Assembly: GCA_944385435.1 (NCBI GenBank)
Contig: CALWXG010000002.1
Coordinates: 18,806 to 82,805 of the forward strand
DNA length: 64,000 bases
From: an uncultured Oscillospiraceae bacterium
GTDB taxonomy: Bacteria; Bacillota; Clostridia; Oscillospirales; Oscillospiraceae
Direction: 5' to 3'
In this document: positions 35,342 through 43,426 of the stretch, one piece after another
How the letters are laid out: each line of letters opens with the position of its first letter
Numbering within the stretch: the stretch's first letter is position 1
Position numbers and translations under genes: made by a program
The notes under the pieces: model-generated
Database searches by the model: none
What the model was told of the DNA's origin: nothing
What the model saw: only the letters and a program-made list of their open reading frames with translations

Positions 35342-35965
35342 ATGAAGGGACTGCTGATCAAGGATTGGTATCAGCTGCGCAGCTATTGCAGGAGTTTTCT
35401 GCTGATTGCGGCGGTTTTTCTGGTTCTCGCTTTCCTGAGCCGGGAAAACACCTATTTTCTGATGATTCTGGGTGTGCTGGCCGGCGTGCTGCCCATGACC
35501 CTTCTGGCCTATGACGAGCGGGGACACTGGAATGTGTACAGCCAGACGCTGCCCTATACCCGGGGCCAGTACGTGTCGGCCAAATACCTGATTGGCCTGA
35601 TGTGTGCTGGGGCAATGGTGCTGTTGGTGGCGGCTGTCACATTCTGCCGGGATCTGGCCTCCGGACACAGGTGGATCTGGTGGCCTGCGGCTGCGACGCT
35701 GGCGGGGGCACTGCTGCCTGCCGCGATCCTGCTGCCCCTGTCCTTCCGGTTCGGGACGGAAAAAGCCCGGATCTTCTACTATGCGGTGATCGGGATCACC
35801 GCCCTGACAGGGGCATGTTTGCTCAGCGGCGGACAGGGGACAGGCGCCGCTGCAGTGCAGGTGAACCCCGGCGGTCTGGCCCTGATCCTGGCGGGGGCGG
35901 CACTGGCTGTGTACGCCCTGTCCTGGATGGCGGCAGTGCCTCTGTACCGCCGGAGAGAGCTGTAA
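35342..35965 (+). CDS. ABC-2 type transporter permease
   Basis: MKGLLIKDWYQLRSYCRSFLLIAAVFLVLAFL... with six predicted TM helices. Start ATG 35342, immediately after the ATPase stop. Confidence 0.7.
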   Translation: MKGLLIKDWYQLRSYCRSFLLIAAVFLVLAFLSRENTYFLMILGVLAGVLPMTLLAYDERGHWNVYSQTLPYTRGQYVSAKYLIGLMCAGAMVLLVAAVTFCRDLASGHRWIWWPAAATLAGALLPAAILLPLSFRFGTEKARIFYYAVIGITALTGACLLSGGQGTGAAAVQVNPGGLALILAGAALAVYALSWMAAVPLYRRREL

Positions 35966-36008
35966 GGCCTTTTGCCTTGAACCCCGTTGCAATACAGGAG
36001 ATGGAACG

Positions 36009-36052
36009 GAAAAAGGTCCGGCTGCCCAAACGGGACAGCCGGACCTTTTTTC
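36009..36052. terminator. bidirectional rho-independent terminator
   Basis: AAAAA-GGTCCGGCTG-cccaaacggga-CAGCCGGACC-TTTTTT between the permease (+) and rubrerythrin (-). Confidence 0.8.
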
Positions 36053-36073
36053 CAAAGTTCAGGGGATGTATGC

Positions 36074-36607
36074 TCAGTAATTCACAGCTCTGCGCTCAAA
36101 GTAGGCCTGGGGATGGGCGCACACAGGGCAGACCTCGGGGGCGTTCTTGCCCACGTGGACATGGCCGCAGTTGCGGCACACCCAGACGATCTCCTCGCCG
36201 GCGGAGAACACCAGGTCGTTCTCCAGGTTGCCCAGCAGCTTCAGGTAGCGTTCCTCATGTTCCTTCTCAATGGCGCCCACCATCTCAAACAGATTGGCGA
36301 TGCGGTCAAAGCCCTCTTCCCGGGCGGTGGCGGCCATCTCCTTGTACATGGAGGTCCACTCTTCGTTCTCGCCAGCGGCGGCGGCTTTCAGGTTCTCGGC
36401 TGTGGTGCCAATGCCGCCCAGTTCCTTGAACCACATCTTGGCGTGCTCTTTCTCGTTGCTGGCGGTCTCTTCAAAGATGGCCGCGATCTGCTCATAGCCG
36501 TCCTTCTTGGCCTTGCTGGCGAAGTAGGTGTACTTGTTCCGCGCCTGGCTTTCGCCGGCAAACGCGGTCCACAGATTGGCTTCCGTTTTGCTGCCCTTGA
36601 GTTCCAT
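36074..36607 (-). CDS. rbr: rubrerythrin
   Basis: Di-iron four-helix bundle (GESQARNKYTYFA...NEKEHAKMW...ENEEWT...IEKEHEERY) plus a C-terminal rubredoxin-like CRNCGHVH...CPVCAHP. Confidence 0.92.
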   Translation of the reverse strand: MELKGSKTEANLWTAFAGESQARNKYTYFASKAKKDGYEQIAAIFEETASNEKEHAKMWFKELGGIGTTAENLKAAAAGENEEWTSMYKEMAATAREEGFDRIANLFEMVGAIEKEHEERYLKLLGNLENDLVFSAGEEIVWVCRNCGHVHVGKNAPEVCPVCAHPQAYFERRAVNY

Positions 36608-36631
36608 TGGTAGTTCCTCCTTAATATTAAA

Positions 36632-36689
36632 ATAAGAATGATTATTATTAATCTGTAGCTATCATAGCATATCCGGAATGGAAAAGCAA
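36632..36689 (-). promoter_or_regulatory. rubrerythrin promoter with a Fur/PerR-like box downstream of the -10
   Basis: On the minus strand: TTGCTT (36684-36689), 17-nt spacer, TATGAT (36661-36666). This is followed by TAATAATAATCATTCTTAT (36632-36650), which matches the Fur-family core ATAATCATT. Confidence 0.45.
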
Positions 36690-36779
36690 GTGCTTTTGCA
36701 AATAATTTTCAGCTTATTTTCTCAGACAATGCGTATACTAAAACCGGCGGAATTGAGTTTGCCTGTAAGGAGGATCCAA

Positions 36780-37154
36780 ATGAAAACAAAACATCTTGCG
36801 ATACTGTCTGCCGTGGTTCTTGCGGCGGTTCTGACCGCCTGCGGACCGGCGGCGGAGGACGAGCCCGGCCAGGACGGAAAGCCCGGTGCCAGTGCCCAGA
36901 TGAGCCGGGCTCCGGAGAGCAGTGTGCCCAACGACGCCATGGAAGGCGGCGGGGCAGGGGGCACCAATGATACGGACAACGACGGGAAGCCGGACGCCAG
37001 CCCGGATCACAGCGAGCGGGTCAGCGGAGACGGACCTCTGGAGGATCTGGGAGACGCCGCCGGCGACCTGATCCAGGGGGCCGGAGATGCGGCGGAAGAC
37101 GCAGGCGACGCGGTGGGAAAGGCCGCGGACCGGGCCGGACGGGCCATGAAATAG
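36780..37154 (+). CDS. small acidic low-complexity lipoprotein
   Basis: MKTKHLAILSAVVLAAVLTAC (lipobox LTAC) after TAAGGAGGA. The remainder is Asp/Gly/Ala-rich (GDAAGDLIQGAGDAAEDAGDAVGKAADRAG). Confidence 0.6.
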   Translation: MKTKHLAILSAVVLAAVLTACGPAAEDEPGQDGKPGASAQMSRAPESSVPNDAMEGGGAGGTNDTDNDGKPDASPDHSERVSGDGPLEDLGDAAGDLIQGAGDAAEDAGDAVGKAADRAGRAMK

Positions 37155-37157
37155 GTG

Positions 37158-37195
37158 TAAAAAATGCGCAGCTCCGGAAGGCTGCGCATTTTTTG
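37158..37195. terminator. bidirectional rho-independent terminator
   Basis: AAAAA-ATGCGCAGC-tccggaag-GCTGCGCAT-TTTTT between convergent genes. Confidence 0.8.
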
Positions 37196-37221
37196 CATCC
37201 TGCTCTGAGCAAAAGAGGGGA

Positions 37222-38382
37222 TCAGCCCAGAACATATCCGATGTACTTTTCCATGGTGTCCAGATGGCCGATTCCGCCGGGTTCCTCTCCCACTTTGTAG
37301 AAACCGTGGCTCTGATAGAATTTCCGGGCTCTGGCGTTTTCCGGTGCGCACCGCAGGCGCAGGTACTGCCGGCCTCGGGCGCGGAAGGCGGAGACAGCCT
37401 GGCCCAGAAGCTGGACCCCCAGCCCTCTGGAGCGGTAGTCCGGCATGATGTAGAAGAAGGGGACCCGTCCGGTCTTCTTGTCCGCCTCCTGCTGGAAGTC
37501 CATCTGGAGCATGCCCACAGGGTGGTCGCCCACCATGGCAATCAGCACGCTGTCCGGGTCGAAGTCGTGGTTGCGCTGGGCCACGCGGTAAAAGGCGGGG
37601 CCGTCAAACGCATCCATGGTCCCGTGGCTCGCCATCCAGCCCTCCTGCCGGGCAGAGAGGTACAGCTCCTTCTGCTCGGGCAGACGCAAGGGGAGAAAGT
37701 ACAGGGAGCTCTCCTCCATGGCCCTGGCTTTGCCCTCCCCGGTATCGGGGATCTGGGGGTAAACTCCGGTCAGGGCGCCCAGGTGAGCGTTGTCGTTGTA
37801 GAAGCACACCCGGACTGCGCCCTGGTCGAACTCCAGTTTGGACACGCTGGTGTTGTCGCCCAGAGGCAGTTCCCCCATGCGCTCCAGGGGCAGGCCCAGC
37901 CAGCCGGTCAGTCCGGCCCGGATGGCGCTGCCATGGGAGAAGACGGCCACTGTCTGGCCGGGATGGCTGTCCACGATCCGCTCCACGGCGGCCTGGAACC
38001 GGGCCTGAACCAGGGGGTAGGTCTCGCTGCCCACCACGTGCCAGTTGGGATCGCAGCCCAGGAAGGCGGCCATGCCCGCGTGGTCCCGGTGGAGCAGTTC
38101 GCCCCAGGTGTGGTCCTCCCAGCAGCCGCCCCCGATCTCTCTCAGCTCCGGGTCAACCCGCAGGGAGAGGGGGCGGGAGCGGAGGATGGCCCGGGCGGTG
38201 GTCATGGTCCGGAACAGGTCGCTGGAGTAGACCGCATCGATGGATACATCCTGGAAGCGCCGGAACAGGGCGTCAATCTGGCGGTAGCCCTTCTCGGTGA
38301 TCAGGCCGTTGTACCAGCCGTGGCAGCGGCGGTAGAGATTGCCTTCCGCCTGGGCATGGCGGATCAGATATACAGTGGTCAT
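37222..38382 (-). CDS. fusion protein: histidine phosphatase (phosphoglycerate-mutase-like) N-domain plus GNAT N-acetyltransferase C-domain
   Basis: N-domain: MTTVYLIRHAQAEGN...SSDLFRTMTTA...VFSHGSAIRA. C-domain: IMPDYRSRGLGVQLLGQAVSAFRARGRQYLRLRCAPENARARKFYQSHGFYKVG. Confidence 0.8.
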   Translation of the reverse strand: MTTVYLIRHAQAEGNLYRRCHGWYNGLITEKGYRQIDALFRRFQDVSIDAVYSSDLFRTMTTARAILRSRPLSLRVDPELREIGGGCWEDHTWGELLHRDHAGMAAFLGCDPNWHVVGSETYPLVQARFQAAVERIVDSHPGQTVAVFSHGSAIRAGLTGWLGLPLERMGELPLGDNTSVSKLEFDQGAVRVCFYNDNAHLGALTGVYPQIPDTGEGKARAMEESSLYFLPLRLPEQKELYLSARQEGWMASHGTMDAFDGPAFYRVAQRNHDFDPDSVLIAMVGDHPVGMLQMDFQQEADKKTGRVPFFYIMPDYRSRGLGVQLLGQAVSAFRARGRQYLRLRCAPENARARKFYQSHGFYKVGEEPGGIGHLDTMEKYIGYVLG

Positions 38383-38409
38383 ATGTCACATTCTCTTCTT
38401 TCTGGAAGA

Positions 38410-39330
38410 TTACCAGGGGCGCACGCCGCCGGTGAGCTGGGCAACCCGGTCCAGGCCCTGGTTTGCGGCGATGTCCCGCAGGCCGTCCCGCACCTTGATG
38501 GGGGCATAGGGGTCGGCAAAGCAGGCGGTGCCCACTGCCACGGCAGTGGCTCCGGCCAGCATCATCTGGGCGGCGGAGTCCCCGTCGGACACGCCGCCCA
38601 TGCCCAGAATGGGCAGGGAGACCGCGTTGGCCACCTCCCACACCATGCGCACCGCCACAGGCAGCACCGCTGGGCCGGACATGCCGCCGGTGTTCATCTT
38701 CAGAATGGGGCGGCGGGTATTCACGTCAATGCGCATGCCCCGCAGGGTGTTGATCAGAGAGAGGGCGTCCGCCCCCGCGTCCGCCACCGCCTGGGCGATC
38801 TGCGTGATGTCGGTGACATTGGGGGAGAGCTTGACCATCACCGGTACCTTCCCGGCGTGGGTCTTGGCCATGCGGGTGACTTCCGCGGCCAGCTCCGGGC
38901 GGGTGCCGTAGGCCAGACCGCCCGCCTTCACGTTGGGGCAGGAGATGTTGACCTCAATCATGTCCACCCCCGCGGCGGAGAGTTTTTCACACATCTCGCC
39001 GTACTCCTCCGGGGTGTTGCCGGAGATGTTGGCAATGACCTTTACATCATATTGGCGCAGGAAGGGCAGCTCCGTGGCGAGGAAGGCGTCCACGCCGGGA
39101 TTCTGCAGCCCCACGCTGTTGAGAATGCCCATGGGCGTCTCGGCGATGCGGGGGGGAGGGTTGCCCTCCCGGCGCTGGGCGGTGAGGCCCTTGACGCAGA
39201 TGCCGCCCAGCTGGGACAGGTCGTAAAACTGGCCGTATTCCCGGCCGAAACCGAAGGTGCCGGAGGCCACCACCACCGGATTCTTCAGCTCCATCCCGGC
39301 CAGGGTGACCGACATGACAGGATTACTCAT
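38410..39330 (-). CDS. pyrD: dihydroorotate dehydrogenase B, catalytic subunit
   Basis: MSVTLAGMELKNPVVVASGTFGFG...NSVGLQNPG...NISCPN...GGVSDG. ATG 39330 overlaps the pyrK stop. Confidence 0.92.
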   Translation of the reverse strand: MSNPVMSVTLAGMELKNPVVVASGTFGFGREYGQFYDLSQLGGICVKGLTAQRREGNPPPRIAETPMGILNSVGLQNPGVDAFLATELPFLRQYDVKVIANISGNTPEEYGEMCEKLSAAGVDMIEVNISCPNVKAGGLAYGTRPELAAEVTRMAKTHAGKVPVMVKLSPNVTDITQIAQAVADAGADALSLINTLRGMRIDVNTRRPILKMNTGGMSGPAVLPVAVRMVWEVANAVSLPILGMGGVSDGDSAAQMMLAGATAVAVGTACFADPYAPIKVRDGLRDIAANQGLDRVAQLTGGVRPW

Positions 39331-40099
39331 TCCAGTCCACCTCCTGTGCAGGGAATACAGGGCCGTCTTTGCACACGTGGACATAGTGGCCCTGGGTGTT
39401 CTTGCAGGCGCACACCAGGCAGGCGCCCACGCCGCAGCCCATCCGCTCCTCCATGGAGACCTGGCAGGAGGTGTCCAGCTGGGCGCATACCGCGGCCACG
39501 GATTTCAGCATGGGTTTGGGTCCGCAGGCCAGCACGCCGTCATAGTCCCCCGAATGTGCCTCCAGTTCCTGGCGCACCAGGGCGTCCACAAAGCCGTGGT
39601 GGCCCAGGGAGCCGTCATCGGTGGCCAGCCGGACGCCGCCGGGACAGGCCTGGCCGAACTCCTCCAGCAGCATGGTGTTTCTGGCGGAGCGGAAGCCCAG
39701 CACGGCGGTGCAGTGCCCGCTGCCGTGGACCGCACAGCCCAGCATGGGGGGCACGCCGATGCCGCCGCCCACCAGCAGATACCGCTTCTCCGCATCCATG
39801 GAGAACCCGTTGCCCAGGGGGCCCAGCACGTCCAGACAGTCTCCCACGCTGCGCCTGGCCAGCCACTGTGTGCCCTCGCCCCGGACCTCGAACACCAGCC
39901 GGATCAGATCCCGCTGGGCAGACCAGTTGCAGATGGAGATGGGGCGGCGCAGCAGATGGCTGTGGCCGCATTTGATGTGAAGGAACTGATCCGGGGCGGA
40001 AATCTGCTGCGCGATGCCCCGGCTCTCAATGGTCATGGACCAGCCCCCGGAGGAGAGCTGGGTCATCTCCAGGACCTTGCATTGTGTTTCAAGCTTCAT
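39323..40099 (-). CDS. pyrK: dihydroorotate dehydrogenase B, electron-transfer subunit
   Basis: FAD/NAD-binding fold (RRPISICN, LLVGGGIGVPP) and the 2Fe-2S motif CGVGACLVCAC. ATG 40099 is preferred over the TTG at 40129. Confidence 0.88.
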   Translation of the reverse strand: MKLETQCKVLEMTQLSSGGWSMTIESRGIAQQISAPDQFLHIKCGHSHLLRRPISICNWSAQRDLIRLVFEVRGEGTQWLARRSVGDCLDVLGPLGNGFSMDAEKRYLLVGGGIGVPPMLGCAVHGSGHCTAVLGFRSARNTMLLEEFGQACPGGVRLATDDGSLGHHGFVDALVRQELEAHSGDYDGVLACGPKPMLKSVAAVCAQLDTSCQVSMEERMGCGVGACLVCACKNTQGHYVHVCKDGPVFPAQEVDWNE

Positions 40100-40550
40100 A
40101 ATAGATTCGTTCTCCCAAACTGTCGTCAATTTCTTTTTGCTTCAGATAGTCGCTGTGGAAAAACTCCAGGCGGCCGCAGTCCTCGCAGTACTGGATGTCC
40201 ACCCGCAGCACCCCGACGGAGTCCCGAAAGTGCGGATCCTGGGACATGTGGATCCACTGCTCCGTCAGCGGCAGCTTTTTCATCCGTCCGCCGCACCGCA
40301 GGCAGGACAGGCCGGAACACAGAGCGTCCTCCTGGGCGTCCCAGTACTCCAGAAGCTGTTTGAGCCTCTGGGGCTCCTGCCCGCGGCCGGAGGCCAAAGC
40401 CAGCCTGCACCGCTTCCGGTCACTGACTTCCTTTAATTTTTCGCGGCAGGTGTCACAGGCGGGCTGGGGAATTCCGCCGCACGCAATGCTGGGGAAGGGA
40501 AGCAGCCCTTCCGGCTCCCGGCCGCAGAACACACAGGGTTTCCTGGCCAT
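40089..40550 (-). CDS. hypothetical double zinc-ribbon protein embedded in the pyr operon
   Basis: A 153-aa protein with four CxxC pairs: C6xxC9/C32xxC35 and C83xxC86/C133xxC136 (CLRCGG...YCEDCGRLEFF). It starts 15 nt after the pyrF stop and overlaps the pyrK start by 11 nt. I recognise no family for it. Confidence 0.55.
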   Translation of the reverse strand: MARKPCVFCGREPEGLLPFPSIACGGIPQPACDTCREKLKEVSDRKRCRLALASGRGQEPQRLKQLLEYWDAQEDALCSGLSCLRCGGRMKKLPLTEQWIHMSQDPHFRDSVGVLRVDIQYCEDCGRLEFFHSDYLKQKEIDDSLGERIYYEA

Positions 40551-40565
40551 GGGGGACGCCTCCTT

Positions 40566-41489
40566 TTACAGAATGGTGATGTATGCCTTCAGTTCCTCCC
40601 GCATCTGGATGGCGGCGTTCCGGGCGGCCTGCTGATAGTCCAGGCCGTCCTGTCCGGTCTTCTTCCAGGCGCACATGATGGAGCGGGAGGCGTTGATGAT
40701 GGCGCCCCGGCCAAACTCGTCAAAGGCGTAGCGCACATCGGCGGCGGTGCCGCCCTGGGCGCCGTAACCGGGCACCAGGAAGAAGGTGTGGGTCAGCCGG
40801 CGGCGCAGATCCTTCAGAACGGAGGGGTGGGTGGCGCCCACCACCGCGCCCAGGGCCTGATAGCCGAATTTGCCCTCGGTGTCCTTGCCCCAGCGCTCAA
40901 TGAGGTCGCCCATGACGGTGTAGACCAACCGGTCGCCCGCCACCATGTCCTGCAGCTCCACCGAAGAGGGGTTGGAGGTCTTGGCCAGCACGAAGGCGGA
41001 TTTGTTCCGGGCCGCGCACTGTTCCAGGAAGGGCTTGATGGCGTCGGAGCCCATGTAGCCGTTGAGGGTGACGCAGTCGGCGTCAAATACAGGGCACTCC
41101 ACACTGCCCACCTTGGTCACGCCCAGCCAGCCCTCGGCATAGGCGGTGGCGGTGGAGCCGATGTCCCCCCGCTTGATGTCGGCGATGACGTACAGGCCCT
41201 TCTCCCTGGCATATTGGATGGTCTTCTCCATCACCGCCATGCCCTGCCAGCCCATATTCTCGTAGTAGGCGGACTGGGGTTTGACCGCCGGCACGATGTC
41301 GCACAGCGCGTCGATGAGGCCCTGATTGAACTGCCAGACGGCGTCGGCGGCGCCGGCCAGAGTCTCCCCGTACTGCTCAAAACTCTTCTTCTGGATGTGG
41401 GCGGGGACGTATTCGATTCTGGGGTCCAGACCGGCCACAGTGGGATTCTTTTTCTCCCGGATTTTTTCCTGCAGAATATCAAATGACAT
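40566..41489 (-). CDS. pyrF: orotidine 5'-phosphate decarboxylase (long, type 2)
   Basis: NPTVAGLDP...VKPQSAYYE...VIADIKRGDIGSTA...PGYGAQGG. ATG 41489 lies 7 nt after AGGAGG. Confidence 0.9.
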   Translation of the reverse strand: MSFDILQEKIREKKNPTVAGLDPRIEYVPAHIQKKSFEQYGETLAGAADAVWQFNQGLIDALCDIVPAVKPQSAYYENMGWQGMAVMEKTIQYAREKGLYVIADIKRGDIGSTATAYAEGWLGVTKVGSVECPVFDADCVTLNGYMGSDAIKPFLEQCAARNKSAFVLAKTSNPSSVELQDMVAGDRLVYTVMGDLIERWGKDTEGKFGYQALGAVVGATHPSVLKDLRRRLTHTFFLVPGYGAQGGTAADVRYAFDEFGRGAIINASRSIMCAWKKTGQDGLDYQQAARNAAIQMREELKAYITIL

Positions 41490-41491
41490 GT

Positions 41492-42769
41492 TCAATCCTC
41501 CTGATAGATGACCTTTCCTTCGGAAATGGTATATTTCACCCTGCCCCGGACGGCAAATCCGTGGAAGGGGGTATTTCTCCCTTTGGATGCGAACTGTTCC
41601 CGGTCAATGGTCCAGGCCTGTTCCGGGTCGAACAGCACCAGATCCGCCCGGTCGCCCGGGGCGATGCGCCCGGCGTCCAGGCCCAGCAGGGCGGCGGGGG
41701 AGGCGGACATGAGGGCAATCACCCGGGACAGGGACAGCAGGCCGGTGTGATACAGCCCGGTGAGGGCCAGGGCCAGGGAGGTCTCCAGACCCACCATGCC
41801 GCTGGGCGCTTCGGGCAGGGGCTTTGCCTTCTCCCAGGCGCAGTGGGGGGCGTGATCGGTGACGATGGCGTCAATGGTGCCGTCCGTCAGGCCGTCCAGG
41901 ATGGCCTGGCGGTCCGCCGGGGTGCGCAGGGGCGGATTGACCCGGGCCATGGTGCCCTGACGCAGGATCTCCTCCTCCGTCAGGGTGAAGTACTGGGGAC
42001 AGGTCTCACAGGTGATGGACACCCCTCTGGCCTTGGCCTGCCGGACGATGTCCACCGCTTTCCCGGTGGAGATGTGGCAGATGTGCACCCGGGCGCCGGT
42101 CTCCTCCGCCAGCATGGCGTCCCGCATCACCTGCAGCTCCTCGGCGATGGCCGGCCGGCCGGGCAGGCCCAGCTGCCGGGAGACGGCGCCCTCGTTGACG
42201 GCGTAGTTTCTCACCATATCTTTATCTTCGCAGTGGTCCAGCAGGGGAAGGCCCAGATCCCTGGCGTTCTGCATGGCCTGCCGGAGCAGGGCCTGGTTCT
42301 GAATGGGCACGCCGTCGTCCGTGAAGGCGGGGGCTCCGGCGGCGTGGAGGGCGGCAAAGTCCGTGAGGGCCTCGCCCCTCTGGCCCTGGGTGACAGCCCC
42401 GGCGGGGAAGACGTGGATTCCGGTGGGCGCGGCCTTTTCCATCACCAGGCGGACCAGCTCCGGACTGTCTGTGGCCGGCCTGGTGTTGGGCATGGCCACC
42501 AGGGTGGTGACACCGCCCCTTGCGGCGGCGGCGCAGCCGGTGGCCACGGTTTCCTTGTCCTCAAAACCGGGTTCCCGGAGATGGACATGCAGATCCACCA
42601 GCCCGGGCGCAGCCACCAGGCCGGAGGCGGGGAGAACCCGGGCCTCCTCTGGAACCGGCAGGCCGGGCCCAACCTGGGCGATCCGCCCGTCTTCGATGCG
42701 CACATCGGCGATTTGGTCCAGTCCGCTGGCCGGGTCCACCACCCGGCAGCCTTGGATGAGCAAATTCAC
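41492..42769 (-). CDS. pyrC: dihydroorotase
   Basis: GTG start after GGGAGGTG. APGLVDLHVHLREPG...TDHAPH motifs. Confidence 0.9.
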   Translation of the reverse strand: MNLLIQGCRVVDPASGLDQIADVRIEDGRIAQVGPGLPVPEEARVLPASGLVAAPGLVDLHVHLREPGFEDKETVATGCAAAARGGVTTLVAMPNTRPATDSPELVRLVMEKAAPTGIHVFPAGAVTQGQRGEALTDFAALHAAGAPAFTDDGVPIQNQALLRQAMQNARDLGLPLLDHCEDKDMVRNYAVNEGAVSRQLGLPGRPAIAEELQVMRDAMLAEETGARVHICHISTGKAVDIVRQAKARGVSITCETCPQYFTLTEEEILRQGTMARVNPPLRTPADRQAILDGLTDGTIDAIVTDHAPHCAWEKAKPLPEAPSGMVGLETSLALALTGLYHTGLLSLSRVIALMSASPAALLGLDAGRIAPGDRADLVLFDPEQAWTIDREQFASKGRNTPFHGFAVRGRVKYTISEGKVIYQED

Positions 42770-42803
42770 AAAAGCACCTCCCGTGGGGAATTAGGTTCCC
42801 TTC

Positions 42804-42832
42804 ATTATATCGGAGAACCGAGGGGAACGCAA
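42804..42832 (-). promoter_or_regulatory. candidate promoter of the pyr operon
   Basis: On the minus strand: TTGCGT (42827-42832), 17-nt spacer, TATAAT (42804-42809), about 35 nt upstream of the pyrC GTG. Confidence 0.4.
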
Positions 42833-42904
42833 GGAAAAAAGGGGAAAAACAGCGCGCGGTTTCCTGCTGCGCCGGGCGTTTCCCGGACCTGACGGCGGGC
42901 GCGG

Positions 42905-42940
42905 AAAAGGCCCGAACCTCCGCAAGAAGATTCGGGCCTT
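42905..42940 (-). terminator. rho-independent terminator of rnpB
   Basis: On the minus strand: AAGGCCCGAA tcttcttgcggagg TTCGGGCCTT followed by TTCC. Confidence 0.7.
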
Positions 42941-42942
42941 AT

Positions 42943-43297
42943 GGCGCGAGCAAGCCTGTAAGCCGGGTTCTGTCCTTTAAGACAGCCATCTATCTAGACG
43001 CGCCGTTGCCAGCGCGTTCCAGCCACCTCCAAAACGCGGCCGGGCCGGCCTGTTGCGTTACCACGGTGTTGCTCCGGATAGAGTTTACAGCGATGAGCAG
43101 TTCCCAGTCATCGGGCGGGCGCTTATCTCCGCCTTTCCACCCTTACCTCGCAAACGGGGCGAGGCGGTATATCTCTGTTGCACTTTTCCTGAAGTCGCCT
43201 TCGGCGGGCGTTACCCGTTATCCTTGCCCTGTGGAGCCCGGACTTTCCTCATGGACGGCCTTTCGGCCTGCCCACGCGGCTGTCCAGCTTACTCGCG
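42943..43297 (-). ncRNA. rnpB: RNase P RNA (bacterial type A)
   Basis: The minus strand reads CGCGAGTAAGCTGGACAGCC...GAGGAAAGTCCGGGCTCCACAGGGCAAGGATAACGGGTAACGCCCGCC...ACAGAACCCGGCTTACAGGCTTGCTCGCG. The universally conserved CR-I (GAGGAAAGUCCGGGCUCC) and CR-V (ACAGAACCCGGCUUAC) are present. The 5' and 3' ends pair as P1. It has its own promoter and terminator. Track ORFs 43006-43353 and 43053-43304 lie inside it. Confidence 0.92.
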
Positions 43298-43303
43298 GAA
43301 CTG

Positions 43304-43332
43304 ATTTTACAGCAACTTTCGGAGATTGTCAA
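43304..43332 (-). promoter_or_regulatory. rnpB promoter
   Basis: On the minus strand: TTGACA (43327-43332), 17-nt spacer, TAAAAT (43304-43309), 7 nt before the P1 5' end. Confidence 0.6.
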
Positions 43333-43354
43333 ATGGGACTTGATGCGGTATAAT
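43326..43354 (+). promoter_or_regulatory. murD operon promoter
   Basis: TTGTCA (43326-43331), 17-nt spacer, TATAAT (43349-43354). Its -35 overlaps the rnpB -35 on the other strand. Confidence 0.5.
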
Positions 43355-43426
43355 ATCAGTTTGGAATTGACTTCGGCGGTTCCGGAAAATATTTGAATTG
43401 AGTTCAGAATGGGAGGCAACCTCTTC

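Noticed and set aside
37264-39975. 903-aa ORF on the plus strand.
   Set aside because: It is antisense to the phosphatase-GNAT, pyrD and pyrK genes, all of which have clear family motifs. The ORF is low-complexity and Gly/Ala/Pro/His-rich.
42770-42900. A PyrR-type attenuator in the pyr operon leader.
   Set aside because: The predicted leader is only about 30 nt. It contains no ARUCCAGAGAGGYU-like PyrR binding loop and no terminator/antiterminator pair.
43006-43353. 115-aa and 83-aa ORFs in the pyrC-murD intergenic region.
   Set aside because: The region is the reverse complement of RNase P RNA (CR-I and CR-V motifs, P1 pairing, own promoter and terminator). The ORFs are incidental.
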